Assembly (NCBI GenBank): GCA_028822065.1 | Contig: JAPKEL010000002.1 | Location: 21,741-85,740 of the forward strand | Length of the DNA stretch: 64,000 bases | Direction of reading: 5' to 3' | Source: Woeseiaceae bacterium | GTDB taxonomy: Bacteria > Pseudomonadota > Gammaproteobacteria > Steroidobacterales > Woeseiaceae | Part shown: positions 18,880-28,803 of the stretch, piece by piece | Numbering within the stretch: the stretch's first letter is position 1 | Layout of the letters: the number at the start of each line of letters is the position of its first letter | The notes under the pieces: model-generated | The model's database searches: none | The model's input: only the letters and a program-made list of their open reading frames with translations | What the model was told of the DNA's origin: nothing | Position numbers and translations under genes: made by a program

Positions 18880-19254
18880 ATGAAATTAATTATAAGAGCA
18901 ACAATCATTATAGCAATGATTATAACATTTCCCGTCAATGCTGAATGTAACTACCCTGAAAAAGTAAAGATACCCAATGGCACTACTACTACTACAACTG
19001 AATTTATGGCTGGCTATCAAGCTGTAAAAGCGTGGGTTGAAAAAATGGATAAATATCTGATGTGCGTTGACAAAGAAACAACAGCATCGATTACCTTGCT
19101 TAAAATAAATAGAGAGCACACTCCAGATGTAGAAAAAAGAATAATCGAATTACAAGATAAGAAATATAATGCTGCTGTTGAAGATCAACAAAGAGTTGCA
19201 CAACAACTTAATGAACAAGTTAGAGCCTACAAAACAACACAAGCAAACAATTAA
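18880..19254 (+). CDS. Small secreted protein of unknown function
   Basis: 124 aa. Signal peptide MKLIIRATIIIAMIITFPVNA. Two cysteines, a T6 run and a C-terminal coiled-coil-like Q/E/K-rich tail. Confidence 0.6.
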   Translation: MKLIIRATIIIAMIITFPVNAECNYPEKVKIPNGTTTTTTEFMAGYQAVKAWVEKMDKYLMCVDKETTASITLLKINREHTPDVEKRIIELQDKKYNAAVEDQQRVAQQLNEQVRAYKTTQANN

Positions 19255-19360
19255 AAAATAAATTATTTCTTTACTCTCATTTATAAAAAAATGAAGGTAC
19301 CTCCTGCAAATTAGAAGCACATTATTAACTCATTTTACTAGAAAATATTAAGGCCAAATT

Positions 19361-20338
19361 ATGAAAAATCCCGTTCGAGTCACAATCACCGGTGCGGCCG
19401 GACAGATTGGTTATCAACTAGCGTTTCGAATAGCTTCTGGGCAAATGTTTGGTAAAGACCAACCAATTATATTGCAACTACTCGAGATCACCCCAGCTCT
19501 CCCGGCATTGCAAGGCGTAGTCATGGAGCTTGAAGATTGTGCTTTTTCTACTTTAAGTGATGTAATCGCTACAGATGATGCGAATGTGGCCTTCAAGGAT
19601 GCCGAATATGCCTTACTGGTTGGCGCAATGCCGAGAGGGCCTGGCATGGAAAGAAATGATTTACTCGAGGCTAATGCTAAAATATTTACCCAGCAAGGAA
19701 AAGCGATCAATGATAATGCAAACCGGCAGATTCGTATTTTGGTAGTTGGTAATCCAGCTAATACTAACGCTTTAATAGCTAGCTCTAATGCGCCTAACAT
19801 AGATCCACGAAATTTTACCGCAATGACTAGATTGGATCATAATCGTGCAATAGCTCATTTATCTAAAAAAATAAATATGGACAGTGAGAATATAAAAAAA
19901 ATGACTATTTGGGGGAATCATTCTGCAACACAATATCCAGATATTGATCATGTCACTGTAAACGATCATTCAATCAAAAATCAAATCACTGATGATTGGC
20001 TTAAAGATGAATTTATTCCTGCCGTCCAACAACGGGGAGCCGCAATAATAAAAGCACGCGGTGCTTCCTCAGCAGCCTCAGCAGCCTCAGCAGCAATCGA
20101 TCACATGCATGATTGGGTGTTAGGTTCGCCAGAAAATGATTGGGTCAGCATGGGTGTTCCATCAGATGGATCCTATAATATCGAACCAGGCATTATTTAT
20201 TCATTCCCAGTTCGTTGCCACCAAGGTGAATACGAAATCATCCAAGATCTGTCATTAAGTGAATTCAGCCGAGATCGGATGCAGATTACTGAGACTGAAT
20301 TAAGAGAAGAAAGAGCAGCTATCGAAGAATTACTCTAA
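19361..20338 (+). CDS. mdh: Malate dehydrogenase (LDH-like, long-form NAD-MDH)
   Basis: 325 aa. Motifs: [27 protein letters not shown] and [16 protein letters not shown]. Confidence 0.95.
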   Translation: MKNPVRVTITGAAGQIGYQLAFRIASGQMFGKDQPIILQLLEITPALPALQGVVMELEDCAFSTLSDVIATDDANVAFKDAEYALLVGAMPRGPGMERNDLLEANAKIFTQQGKAINDNANRQIRILVVGNPANTNALIASSNAPNIDPRNFTAMTRLDHNRAIAHLSKKINMDSENIKKMTIWGNHSATQYPDIDHVTVNDHSIKNQITDDWLKDEFIPAVQQRGAAIIKARGASSAASAASAAIDHMHDWVLGSPENDWVSMGVPSDGSYNIEPGIIYSFPVRCHQGEYEIIQDLSLSEFSRDRMQITETELREERAAIEELL

Positions 20339-20488
20339 AGCAGGGAAATCCTAATCCTAATTATCAAGATATAGTCATTTCAAGATATATATCATTTATA
20401 TTAGGATAGTATTCATATATTATGAAACCAATAATACTACAAACATACTAGTATTGAATTAATGAAAATATCTTAACCGGAGAATAAC

Positions 20489-22939
20489 ATGCCTGAAATC
20501 ATTCTTGATTTATCTTGGTTACTGGCATTTTTATTTCTAGCCTTATATACGACTTACCAAAGAGTTAATCTGCTGTTTTCTACGATTGCCTTCTCAATTC
20601 TGATCTATTGCTATACTGTTTTTGGAGATGGAAGTTTTTTATGGGAATCTTTTCTTTGGGTTATACTTGGGACTCTGGTTACTCTTAATATTACCCCATT
20701 AAGACGCTCAAAGATTACGCGGCCATTGATGGATATTTACCGGAAAATGATCCCAAAAATGTCCAGCACTGAGAAGGAAGCTCTAGAAGCAGGAAATGTT
20801 TGGTGGGATGGTGAATTATTTTCTGGGATGCCAAACTGGGATGTGTTGATGTCCATGCCCAATCCAAAATTGTCTACAGAGGAACAAGCATTTCTGGATG
20901 GACCGTGCGATGAACTTTGCATGATGCTTGATGACTGGGAGATTTCGCATGAAACAGGAAATCTGCCAGAGAATGTTTGGGCTTTCATAAAAACTCATAA
21001 ATTTTTTGCCATGATCATACCCAAAGAATATGGTGGCCTAGAATTCTCATCCTATGCCAATGCCATGGTAATTACTAAATTAGCCAGTAGAAGCGCAGTT
21101 GCATCTTCGACTGTAGGTGTTCCCAATTCACTTGGACCCGCAGAACTCCTTATGCATTATGGTACTGACAAACAAAAACAACGTTATCTTCCAGGACTGG
21201 CCTCAGGAGATGAAATACCTTGCTTTGCCTTAACATCAACGGAAGCAGGATCGGATGCATCAGCTCTAATTGATTCTGGAGTTATTTGTAAAGGTCAGTG
21301 GAATAATAAAGAAATAATAGGTATTCGTTTGAACTGGGATAAAAGATATATAACACTTGCTCCAATTGCGACTGTTCTTGGTTTGGCTTTCAAGCTTTAT
21401 GATCCAGAGCATCTAATTGGTGATAAAGACGAATATGGAATCACAGCTGCATTGATTCCAACCGATACAGCTGGTGTTACTGTCGGTCGTCGTCACTACC
21501 CAATGCAAGTGCCATTTCAGAATGGGCCTACCAGTGGTGAGAATGTTTTTCTGCCGCTTGATTGTATTATCGGTGGCCAAAAAATGGCTGGTAAAGGCTG
21601 GAAAATGTTGGTTGAACTTTTGTCTGTGGGGCGAGCAATAACATTACCATCCAGTGGAGCTGGTGGTGGCCAAGCTGCCGCTTATGCTTCCGGTGCTTAC
21701 ACTCAAATTAGAAAACAATTTAATCTCCCAGTATCCCAATTTGATGGAATTAAGGAGGCGCTAGCTAGAATTGCAGGCAATACTTATATAATGAATGCAG
21801 CAATATCGATTACTTCAGGAGCAATCGATCAGGGCGAAAAACCTGCAGTGCCTTCTGCTATTCTAAAATATCACTGTACAGAATTAGCTCGTAAGGTTGC
21901 GAATGACGCCATGGATGTTCATGGCGGAAAAGCAGTAATGATGGGCCCAAAGAATTACATGGGTCGAGGTTTTATGGCCACACCAATAGCAATTACTGTT
22001 GAAGGCGCCAATATCCTAACGAGAAGTTTGATCATATTCGGACAAGGCGCGATCAGATGTCACCCATTTGTACTAAAAGAATTGCAAGCTGCTGAAGAGA
22101 AAGATACAACTTTGGGTCTTATAAATTTTGATAAAGCGTTATTTTCTCATATTGGCTACGCCATTAGTAACCTATCTAGGTCTTTTATCCTAGCAATAAC
22201 AAATGCCAGATACAGTAAAAGCCCTGTCAACACCAATACAAAACGCTACTATCAACACATTAATAGATACAGCGCTGCTTTTGCTGTGGCCTCAGATTTT
22301 GCGATGCTTTCATTGGGTGGAGAGCTAAAAAAGAAGGAATTACTCTCCGCAAGATTAGGTGATGTTTTAAGTTCGATATATCTTGCCTCAACGGTTCTTA
22401 AGCACTACGAAAATCAAGGATGTAAGCCTGAAGACTTGCCATTAGTTCAGTGGTCAGTAAGAACTCTAATGTATGAAGCACAAGAAAAACTGCATAATTT
22501 TCTAAAAAATCTACCGAACAAAGCGCTGGCTTTTTTCTTACGTTGTTATATCTTCCCGAGAGGTCGTGCTTACTCTCCTCCGCTCGATGAGTTAACAAAT
22601 AAAGTATCTAATATTATTACATCTAGTGGTGAGGCTCGAGAACGACTGAGTGAGTACGCATACACCACAATTGAACCTGGAAATCCTCTTGGTTTACTTC
22701 AAGAGGCTCTTGTATTATCAGAAAAAACAGCATTGATAGAAGCAAAACTTCGACAAGCAAGAAAAGATGGTTTAATAAAAAGTGATTATCTTGGGCATCA
22801 AATTGATGAAGCAGAAAAGCAAAAACTGCTAAATTCTATGGAAATACAACAACTCAAATTACTTCATGAAAAAGTATCTGAATTGTTATCGGTAGATGAT
22901 TTTGATCAAAGTGAAATTGGTCGTAACAAACAAGCATAA
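20489..22939 (+). CDS. fadE: Large membrane-associated acyl-CoA dehydrogenase
   Basis: 816 aa (E. coli FadE is 814 aa). N-terminal hydrophobic helices, an ACAD core (ALTSTEAGSDA, EGANILTRSLIIFGQG) and a long C-terminal extension. Confidence 0.9.
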   Translation: MPEIILDLSWLLAFLFLALYTTYQRVNLLFSTIAFSILIYCYTVFGDGSFLWESFLWVILGTLVTLNITPLRRSKITRPLMDIYRKMIPKMSSTEKEALEAGNVWWDGELFSGMPNWDVLMSMPNPKLSTEEQAFLDGPCDELCMMLDDWEISHETGNLPENVWAFIKTHKFFAMIIPKEYGGLEFSSYANAMVITKLASRSAVASSTVGVPNSLGPAELLMHYGTDKQKQRYLPGLASGDEIPCFALTSTEAGSDASALIDSGVICKGQWNNKEIIGIRLNWDKRYITLAPIATVLGLAFKLYDPEHLIGDKDEYGITAALIPTDTAGVTVGRRHYPMQVPFQNGPTSGENVFLPLDCIIGGQKMAGKGWKMLVELLSVGRAITLPSSGAGGGQAAAYASGAYTQIRKQFNLPVSQFDGIKEALARIAGNTYIMNAAISITSGAIDQGEKPAVPSAILKYHCTELARKVANDAMDVHGGKAVMMGPKNYMGRGFMATPIAITVEGANILTRSLIIFGQGAIRCHPFVLKELQAAEEKDTTLGLINFDKALFSHIGYAISNLSRSFILAITNARYSKSPVNTNTKRYYQHINRYSAAFAVASDFAMLSLGGELKKKELLSARLGDVLSSIYLASTVLKHYENQGCKPEDLPLVQWSVRTLMYEAQEKLHNFLKNLPNKALAFFLRCYIFPRGRAYSPPLDELTNKVSNIITSSGEARERLSEYAYTTIEPGNPLGLLQEALVLSEKTALIEAKLRQARKDGLIKSDYLGHQIDEAEKQKLLNSMEIQQLKLLHEKVSELLSVDDFDQSEIGRNKQA

Positions 22940-22971
22940 TAAAATATAGAAAAAACTGGAGGCAACCATTG

Positions 22972-23448
22972 ATGAACAAAAAATTTATAACTTTACTCTT
23001 GAGCATTCTGCTAGTTGCTGCATGCAATCAAAGCAATAAAAGCAATGAGATAAATGTAATCGAAGAACCTATTTATTCAGTCCCTTCGATTAAAAGAAAC
23101 CCTGCCCCAGAAGGTGCCTCTGTTTATTTTATAAATCCAGAGGCTAACGCCATCGTTTCCACCCCTGTAAAAGTTAAGTTTGGAGTTACAGGTATGGAGA
23201 TTGTTCCCTCAGGTCAAAATACCCCTCATACCGGCCATCATCATATTATAATAAATGCAGACCTTCCTGATATGAATTTCCCAATTCCGGCAGATGAAAA
23301 TTATGTTCATTTTGGTGATGGGAGGTCTGAAACTGAATTAAATCTTGCTCAAGGTGAGCACACGCTGCAATTGATTTTGGGTGATTATCTTCATGTCCCT
23401 CACTCTCCTCCAGTTTACTCAGAAAAAATCATTATCACAGTAGAATAA
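22972..23448 (+). CDS. Lipoprotein with a His-rich motif, DUF4399-like
   Basis: 158 aa from the ATG; the track starts one TTG codon earlier. Lipobox LLVAAC. The HTGHHHIIIN motif recalls DUF4399 proteins. That assignment is from memory and is unverified. Confidence 0.65.
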   Translation: MNKKFITLLLSILLVAACNQSNKSNEINVIEEPIYSVPSIKRNPAPEGASVYFINPEANAIVSTPVKVKFGVTGMEIVPSGQNTPHTGHHHIIINADLPDMNFPIPADENYVHFGDGRSETELNLAQGEHTLQLILGDYLHVPHSPPVYSEKIIITVE

Positions 23449-23484
23449 ACGTATTAATATTCACATCCAGTAATCGAAAAAACT

Positions 23485-24969
23485 ATGAAAAAAAATCTTG
23501 ACATACCAATCGGAATAAGCGGTATTGCTGCCTATATTCCACCCTATAGAGTATGGCTAAATGATTGGTGTGAATGGACCGGTAATCAATGGCCAAAAAT
23601 AAGGGAAGTGGTTGGGCGTAGCTTTAGATTAAGAGGTAACCAGCATAGTGTTTATACGATGGCAGCTACGGCAGTAATTAGATTAATTGATCAATATGAT
23701 ATTGATCCAAATCGTGTAAAATTTCTTGCTTTAGGAACCGAATCGAGTACCGACAACTCAGCTGGTGCCATTATTATTAAAGGTATGATTAATGAGGCTC
23801 TTTTATCTCGAAACAAATCGCCAATTTCACGCAGTTGTGAGGTGCCTGAATTTAAGCATGCATGTTTAGGGGGTGTCTATGCCATGAAAGGTGCTATTAG
23901 ACACATAGCTTTAGATGGAGCGGGCGATCAAGCGATAGTAGTATGTGCAGATATTGCCGAATACCCCTTAGGAAGTAGCGGCGAACCAACACAAGGTGCT
24001 GGTGCCGTGGCAATGCTGGTTGAAGAAAATCCAAAACTTCTTGAAGTTGATATTATGAATTCTGGATCAGCATCTGATTATCGTATCCTAGATTTCAGAA
24101 AACCAATGATTCGTTTTTGCAGCCAAGAAAGGAAACTCAGCCAACAAGTTCAAGACTTTCCTATATTTAATGGTAAATATTCAACAACTTGCTACTTAGA
24201 TGAAACATTGCATGCTCTGGATGATATGTACAATAAAAGAAAACTTAATCCCATTAGCTATCTCCGTTCACTTAAAACTGTATTTATGCATAGACCTTAT
24301 CGAAAAATGCCAGAAACTGGGCTTGCCATCGCCTACCTATTTGCACTTTCTCGAGGTAATCCTGATGATCGAGCTGAACTTACATCCTATTGCTATGAAG
24401 CAGGAATAGATCCCATTAAAGTCATGCATGAGATGCAAGTATACACTCCGGATATAAAAGACTTAGCTAATCCAATCGATCTCAATAATGAAGCCTATCC
24501 GATGACAATGGCCATATTTCGTATATTTAGAGCCTCGAGACATTATCGTAGAGAAGTTTTAGATAAAATGGCTCTAGGTAGCGATACAATGCTAGATCTT
24601 GGTAATCTCTATACAGCTGCCTTGCCAGCCTGGATAGCAGCTGGATTAGAACAAGCACTCAAGGAAAATATAGATTTGACTGACAATGAAATACTCACCT
24701 TCGGATATGGTAGTGGTGATGCCGCTGAAGTGATTCCTTTTAAAGTTTGCAAGGAATGGAGAAACGCTGCAAAAAATATTCAATTTGCAGAAGCGATGTC
24801 ATTCACAATAGATCTCAATAAAGCGCAATATTTAGATCTTCATACCGGAAAATCTACCAATACATTGAGCTACGAACTAAAGAATGAATTTATTATCGAA
24901 CGTGTCGGAGATTCGGTAGAAAAAAATTATCAAGATATGGGTATCGAATATCATCGCTATATTAAATGA
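23485..24969 (+). CDS. mvaS: Hydroxymethylglutaryl-CoA synthase (long form)
   Basis: 494 aa. HMGS catalytic pattern: GTESSTD (Glu), EFKHACLGG (Cys), VFMHRPYRKM (His), GNLYTAALP and FGYGSG. Confidence 0.85.
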   Translation: MKKNLDIPIGISGIAAYIPPYRVWLNDWCEWTGNQWPKIREVVGRSFRLRGNQHSVYTMAATAVIRLIDQYDIDPNRVKFLALGTESSTDNSAGAIIIKGMINEALLSRNKSPISRSCEVPEFKHACLGGVYAMKGAIRHIALDGAGDQAIVVCADIAEYPLGSSGEPTQGAGAVAMLVEENPKLLEVDIMNSGSASDYRILDFRKPMIRFCSQERKLSQQVQDFPIFNGKYSTTCYLDETLHALDDMYNKRKLNPISYLRSLKTVFMHRPYRKMPETGLAIAYLFALSRGNPDDRAELTSYCYEAGIDPIKVMHEMQVYTPDIKDLANPIDLNNEAYPMTMAIFRIFRASRHYRREVLDKMALGSDTMLDLGNLYTAALPAWIAAGLEQALKENIDLTDNEILTFGYGSGDAAEVIPFKVCKEWRNAAKNIQFAEAMSFTIDLNKAQYLDLHTGKSTNTLSYELKNEFIIERVGDSVEKNYQDMGIEYHRYIK

Positions 24970-24980
24970 TTAGAAAAATT

Positions 24981-25550
24981 TTATAAAAAACTTTCCAATA
25001 ACTTCTTATGTTTCGACTTTAGTTGCTCCCACTCCATAATAAACCATGGTGTACAGACATTCCCTCTTTTTAATAACTTAGGTAAATCTTTTAAATTAAT
25101 AAATTTAAAATCAGCAATTTCATTGTTATTAATATTAATCTTTTGATCTACACTTCCCATGTAAACTGAACATAGTTCATTTTCAGATCCAATATCCTTA
25201 TACATAACAGCATAAGAAAATTTATAAACATACTGTAAATTCGATACGCTAATCCCCAATTCATCATGCAATCTTCTTGTGACTGCCTCCATCAAATTTT
25301 CGCCTTGCCTGGGATGACTGCAACAACTATTCGACCAAAATAAAGGCCATAATCTTTTTGATGCACTCCGCTGTTGTATGAGGAGCTCTCCTCGTGCGTT
25401 AAATAAAAATACTGAAAAAGCTCGATGCAGTCTACCGCCATCTTGATGGCAATCAAATTTGCTCATCGTACCGATTTTATTATCAGACGCATCAACAAGT
25501 ATTAAATCTTCATTATCAAATGAAACTATATAGTCATCTGATTTTTTCAT
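24981..25550 (-). CDS. idi: Isopentenyl-diphosphate delta-isomerase, type 1 (Nudix)
   Basis: 189 aa. LHRAFSVFLFN, WSNSCCSHPRQGE (catalytic Cys region) and RRLHDELG. Its start overlaps the stop of the upstream gene by 4 nt. Confidence 0.9.
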   Translation of the reverse strand: MKKSDDYIVSFDNEDLILVDASDNKIGTMSKFDCHQDGGRLHRAFSVFLFNARGELLIQQRSASKRLWPLFWSNSCCSHPRQGENLMEAVTRRLHDELGISVSNLQYVYKFSYAVMYKDIGSENELCSVYMGSVDQKININNNEIADFKFINLKDLPKLLKRGNVCTPWFIMEWEQLKSKHKKLLESFL

Positions 25551-27808
25551 TTATTTATACCACTGAGATGCGGTGCATGCATTGGGATAATTTTATAGCC
25601 AGCTAATTCAAAAATCTTTGCCATTTCTTTTTCTTTTCCTGGGCAAAGAATGATAATTGACCCTCCACCACCAGAACCAGTAATTTTAGCGCCTAATGCG
25701 CCTTCTGATCTAGCTAAATCTATCATTTCCTCAAGCTCAGCATTTGATACGCCAATAGCATTAAGTAATCCATGTGCTACATTCATTAAAATCCCAAGTT
25801 GTTCGTAATCATGATTTTGTATAGCGTTTAAACCTTTTTTTGATAATTTTCCTAGTTGCTTGAATATATCTTTATAGAGAATTTTATTATTTTCATACCT
25901 CAAATAAACTTCATTCACTATATCGATAGTCCTAGAGGATTTATTACTTAAAGCAATGAGGATGGGAAGTGATTTTATATCTTCAAAATTAAGATTTTTA
26001 ATACCTTCCTTTTTATTATAGAGGATGGGTTGGGCGTAAGAGGCAACCGTATTATCTATGCCAGATGGATTCCCATGGGATATTTTTTCGCATTCAAAAG
26101 CAATATCATTAATTTGTTTATTAGTTGATGGGAGTTTATATAAATCAATAAGCCCTCTTGTAATAGCAACTGCATATGACGCCGAGGCTCCTAAGCCCAT
26201 TGATAAAGGAATGCGAGAAACGATATTGATTTTAAAATTCACTCGATCAATATTTAATAAATTGCATATTTTTTCTACCATCAAAACCATATGAGCATAT
26301 TCAATAGAACATGGGTCAGAAATATTTATTGAACTACCATTAATAACAAAATGACAATCTTCGTCTATCTCTTGCACCTCAACATACACAGCTTCTTCAA
26401 TAGGGAGAGCTATTGCATATTCATTGTAAACGACGGCATGCTCCCCCAATAATATAATTTTTCCTGCAGAAACCCCTACTCCTAGATGCTTTGATTTATC
26501 TTTATTATTCATAAAGCCAGTCTCTGTCAGTTTTTTTGAAGCCAATATTTCTTGTGCTTTCCATGCTTTAATTTCACCGCTTGAAATCATATCATTCACA
26601 ACCTCTGTAAAATATTTCTCTGGAACATCAATACTCGTGGCTACACTTCTTGCGTGTAATTTCATATGACCTTTTTGTATTCCATGAGTCGTTAGAGCTC
26701 TCAATGCAGCTAGATTCTGAGCAAGTCCAACAGAAGCTATAATTATTGCTAATTCATTGGCAGAACTAGCATTTGCAATCTTTAACCCTATCTGAGCAGC
26801 TGGATTTGCCATCAATGAACCACCAACAATCCCAACTTTAATTGGTATTTTTAATTTACCTACCAAATTACCATCAGTATCAACAAGCCACTCAGTTAAT
26901 GATCGATATCTTCCATCATGACAAGCATAAGCATGGGCTGCTGACTCAATTGATCGCCAATCATTTCCCGTGGCAATCGCAACTGCATCAATGCCATTCA
27001 TAATACCTTTATTATGGGTAGCTGCACGATATGGGTCGGCATCTGCAAATTCTGTTGCATTTACTATGCTGTCACGAACTTGCAGCCCATTATAATCATC
27101 TTTAGCTAAATATTTGGGGGGTATTTTTACTTGAACATCAACGAGAGATCGATCAGTCAAATTAGATAATATCTTTAAACCAACTTTACACCCGGTCAAA
27201 TTTACTACATCATCCGCCAAGTATTCACAGACAGTATTTACTAGATTTGCTCCCATTGCATCTCTGGTATCGACCAAGATATGCAATACAATTACTTGCT
27301 CACTTTTTTGCTTTAATATATGAATCTCTATATCCCTGACACCACCACCTCTTTTTTTTAAATTCGGTTGCGATAAATTTGCGATAGTGATTAACATTTG
27401 CTTATTCTGCTCGAGAATATCAACAATTTTCGCTGCATCTTTAATATCAAGGAGTTGAATTTGTCCAATCAATAAAGATTGGTCAATTGAAGCGCTAAAT
27501 CCACCAGACATTCTAATAATTTTTGCAGCGCCACTAACGCCAGCAACTATGGAAGGCTCTTCTGTCACCATCGGAACTATATAATCTTGATTATTAATGA
27601 GAAAGTTAGTCGCAATTGAGAAAGGTAACCCAAAAACGCCTATGACATTTTCACTCATATTATCTGCAATATCCGCAGAGAGAATCTGACTCTCTGACTT
27701 AAGAAGCTTAGTTTCTGCTGGAGTGAGCAAGCCGAGATTAGATAATGCTTCAACTCTCTCGGCAACAGTCATTTTATAAAAGCCGCTAATATTCGAATTA
27801 GTCATCAT
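25547..27808 (-). CDS. Bifunctional class II HMG-CoA reductase (N-terminal) / mevalonate kinase (C-terminal) fusion protein
   Basis: 753-aa uninterrupted ORF. Residues 1-425 carry SENVIGVFGLP, VTEEPSIVAG, DAMGANLVNT, NKGIMNGIDAVAIATGNDWR and GHMKLHAR (class II HMGR). Residues 443-753 carry GKIILLGEHAVVY, PLSMGLGASASYAVA and GAKITGSGGGGS (GHMP kinase motifs I-III, mevalonate kinase type). Confidence 0.88.
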   Translation of the reverse strand: MMTNSNISGFYKMTVAERVEALSNLGLLTPAETKLLKSESQILSADIADNMSENVIGVFGLPFSIATNFLINNQDYIVPMVTEEPSIVAGVSGAAKIIRMSGGFSASIDQSLLIGQIQLLDIKDAAKIVDILEQNKQMLITIANLSQPNLKKRGGGVRDIEIHILKQKSEQVIVLHILVDTRDAMGANLVNTVCEYLADDVVNLTGCKVGLKILSNLTDRSLVDVQVKIPPKYLAKDDYNGLQVRDSIVNATEFADADPYRAATHNKGIMNGIDAVAIATGNDWRSIESAAHAYACHDGRYRSLTEWLVDTDGNLVGKLKIPIKVGIVGGSLMANPAAQIGLKIANASSANELAIIIASVGLAQNLAALRALTTHGIQKGHMKLHARSVATSIDVPEKYFTEVVNDMISSGEIKAWKAQEILASKKLTETGFMNNKDKSKHLGVGVSAGKIILLGEHAVVYNEYAIALPIEEAVYVEVQEIDEDCHFVINGSSINISDPCSIEYAHMVLMVEKICNLLNIDRVNFKINIVSRIPLSMGLGASASYAVAITRGLIDLYKLPSTNKQINDIAFECEKISHGNPSGIDNTVASYAQPILYNKKEGIKNLNFEDIKSLPILIALSNKSSRTIDIVNEVYLRYENNKILYKDIFKQLGKLSKKGLNAIQNHDYEQLGILMNVAHGLLNAIGVSNAELEEMIDLARSEGALGAKITGSGGGGSIIILCPGKEKEMAKIFELAGYKIIPMHAPHLSGINK

Positions 27809-28803
27809 TAAACCTCTAGAGTCAAACCTGCTTTATCTAATTGCAAGTTCAACGATACAAATCCATTCTGATTGGCTGATTTTTCAAAATCATCCAATAA
27901 TCTAACAGATGAAGCGATGCAAATACCAATATCTCCGCCTGCACCACAAGGTTTATAAACTAAGTTGCTCTCCTTTTTTGCCAAATCTACCAATATATTA
28001 TGCTTGTGCCCAAAAATATTTAAATCATACTCCATACTAAACTCCATTAAAGCATCTGTATATTCATCAAGATATTTCAAAAAGAGCTGATTATTTTGAT
28101 CCCAGTTTGAAGCAAATTTAACTGCCATTTTTTTTAAATCCAAGAAACTTTTTTTTGAAAATCCTTTTACTTTAGTTAATTGTCTAGGTGTACTAACAGG
28201 AGTACCACTCCAAAAAATCCTAAATTTTAAATCGTGCGGAAACTCCAAAGAAGAGAGCGCCTTATTTTCCTTACGAAAATATTTAATAATTCCACCTTCT
28301 AAAGAAGTAGCAATATCCACGCCACTCCCATTGACACCTTGAAACTCTCGATGCACCTTTAATGCCAACTCTTTTACTCCAAATGACAATTTAAAGGTCT
28401 TGATAAATGCACTAGCTAACGCAACTGTGAGTGCTGCACTGGATCCGATTCCGTATTTGAGCTTAGTTTCTTTTTCATAAAAACCAGTGGTATCTAAAAT
28501 AAATTCATAATGAAATGAAGGGCAAATATTTACTTCCTGCCACATACACTCAAAAAATATTCTAATGGAGTCGCTTGACTTACCTAAAAGCCACTCTATT
28601 TTTCCATTATTGTTAACAACAAATGGCAATTGCTTGTCCATGAAACCTAAAGTTTTCAATATATGTGTTTTCTTGTCATGCTCTTGTATCGAAACATTCG
28701 CTCTTTTATCAATAGCCATTGAAATTGCAGGAGCGTCTGTCAAAACTGCAAATTCTCCGGCAATTATTATTTTACCCGGCGCACTTACCTTAATAGCCTT
28801 CAT
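27808..28803 (-). CDS. mvaK2: Phosphomevalonate kinase (GHMP family)
   Basis: 331 aa. Motifs: SAPGKIIIAGEFAVL, YGIGSSAALTVALA and KPCGAGGDIGI. There is a 1-nt TAATG overlap with the downstream fusion gene. Confidence 0.85.
   Translation of the reverse strand: MKAIKVSAPGKIIIAGEFAVLTDAPAISMAIDKRANVSIQEHDKKTHILKTLGFMDKQLPFVVNNNGKIEWLLGKSSDSIRIFFECMWQEVNICPSFHYEFILDTTGFYEKETKLKYGIGSSAALTVALASAFIKTFKLSFGVKELALKVHREFQGVNGSGVDIATSLEGGIIKYFRKENKALSSLEFPHDLKFRIFWSGTPVSTPRQLTKVKGFSKKSFLDLKKMAVKFASNWDQNNQLFLKYLDEYTDALMEFSMEYDLNIFGHKHNILVDLAKKESNLVYKPCGAGGDIGICIASSVRLLDDFEKSANQNGFVSLNLQLDKAGLTLEV

Noticed and set aside
19414-19800. A 128-aa ORF antisense to mdh. Similar antisense or shadow ORFs in the track include 1260-1659, 2024-2631, 5504-6185, 33689-33979, 34419-34763, 41506-41832, 46669-47140 and 60713-61414.
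   Set aside because: Each lies entirely inside a longer ORF on the opposite strand, or in another frame, that has strong family motifs. Their translations are low-complexity with no recognisable motifs.
20069-20095. A 9-nt tandem repeat (TCAGCAGCC x2 plus TCAGCAGCA) inside mdh.
   Set aside because: It encodes the conserved SAASAASAA segment of the MDH active-site region ([14 protein letters not shown]), so it is explained by protein conservation and is not a repeat element.
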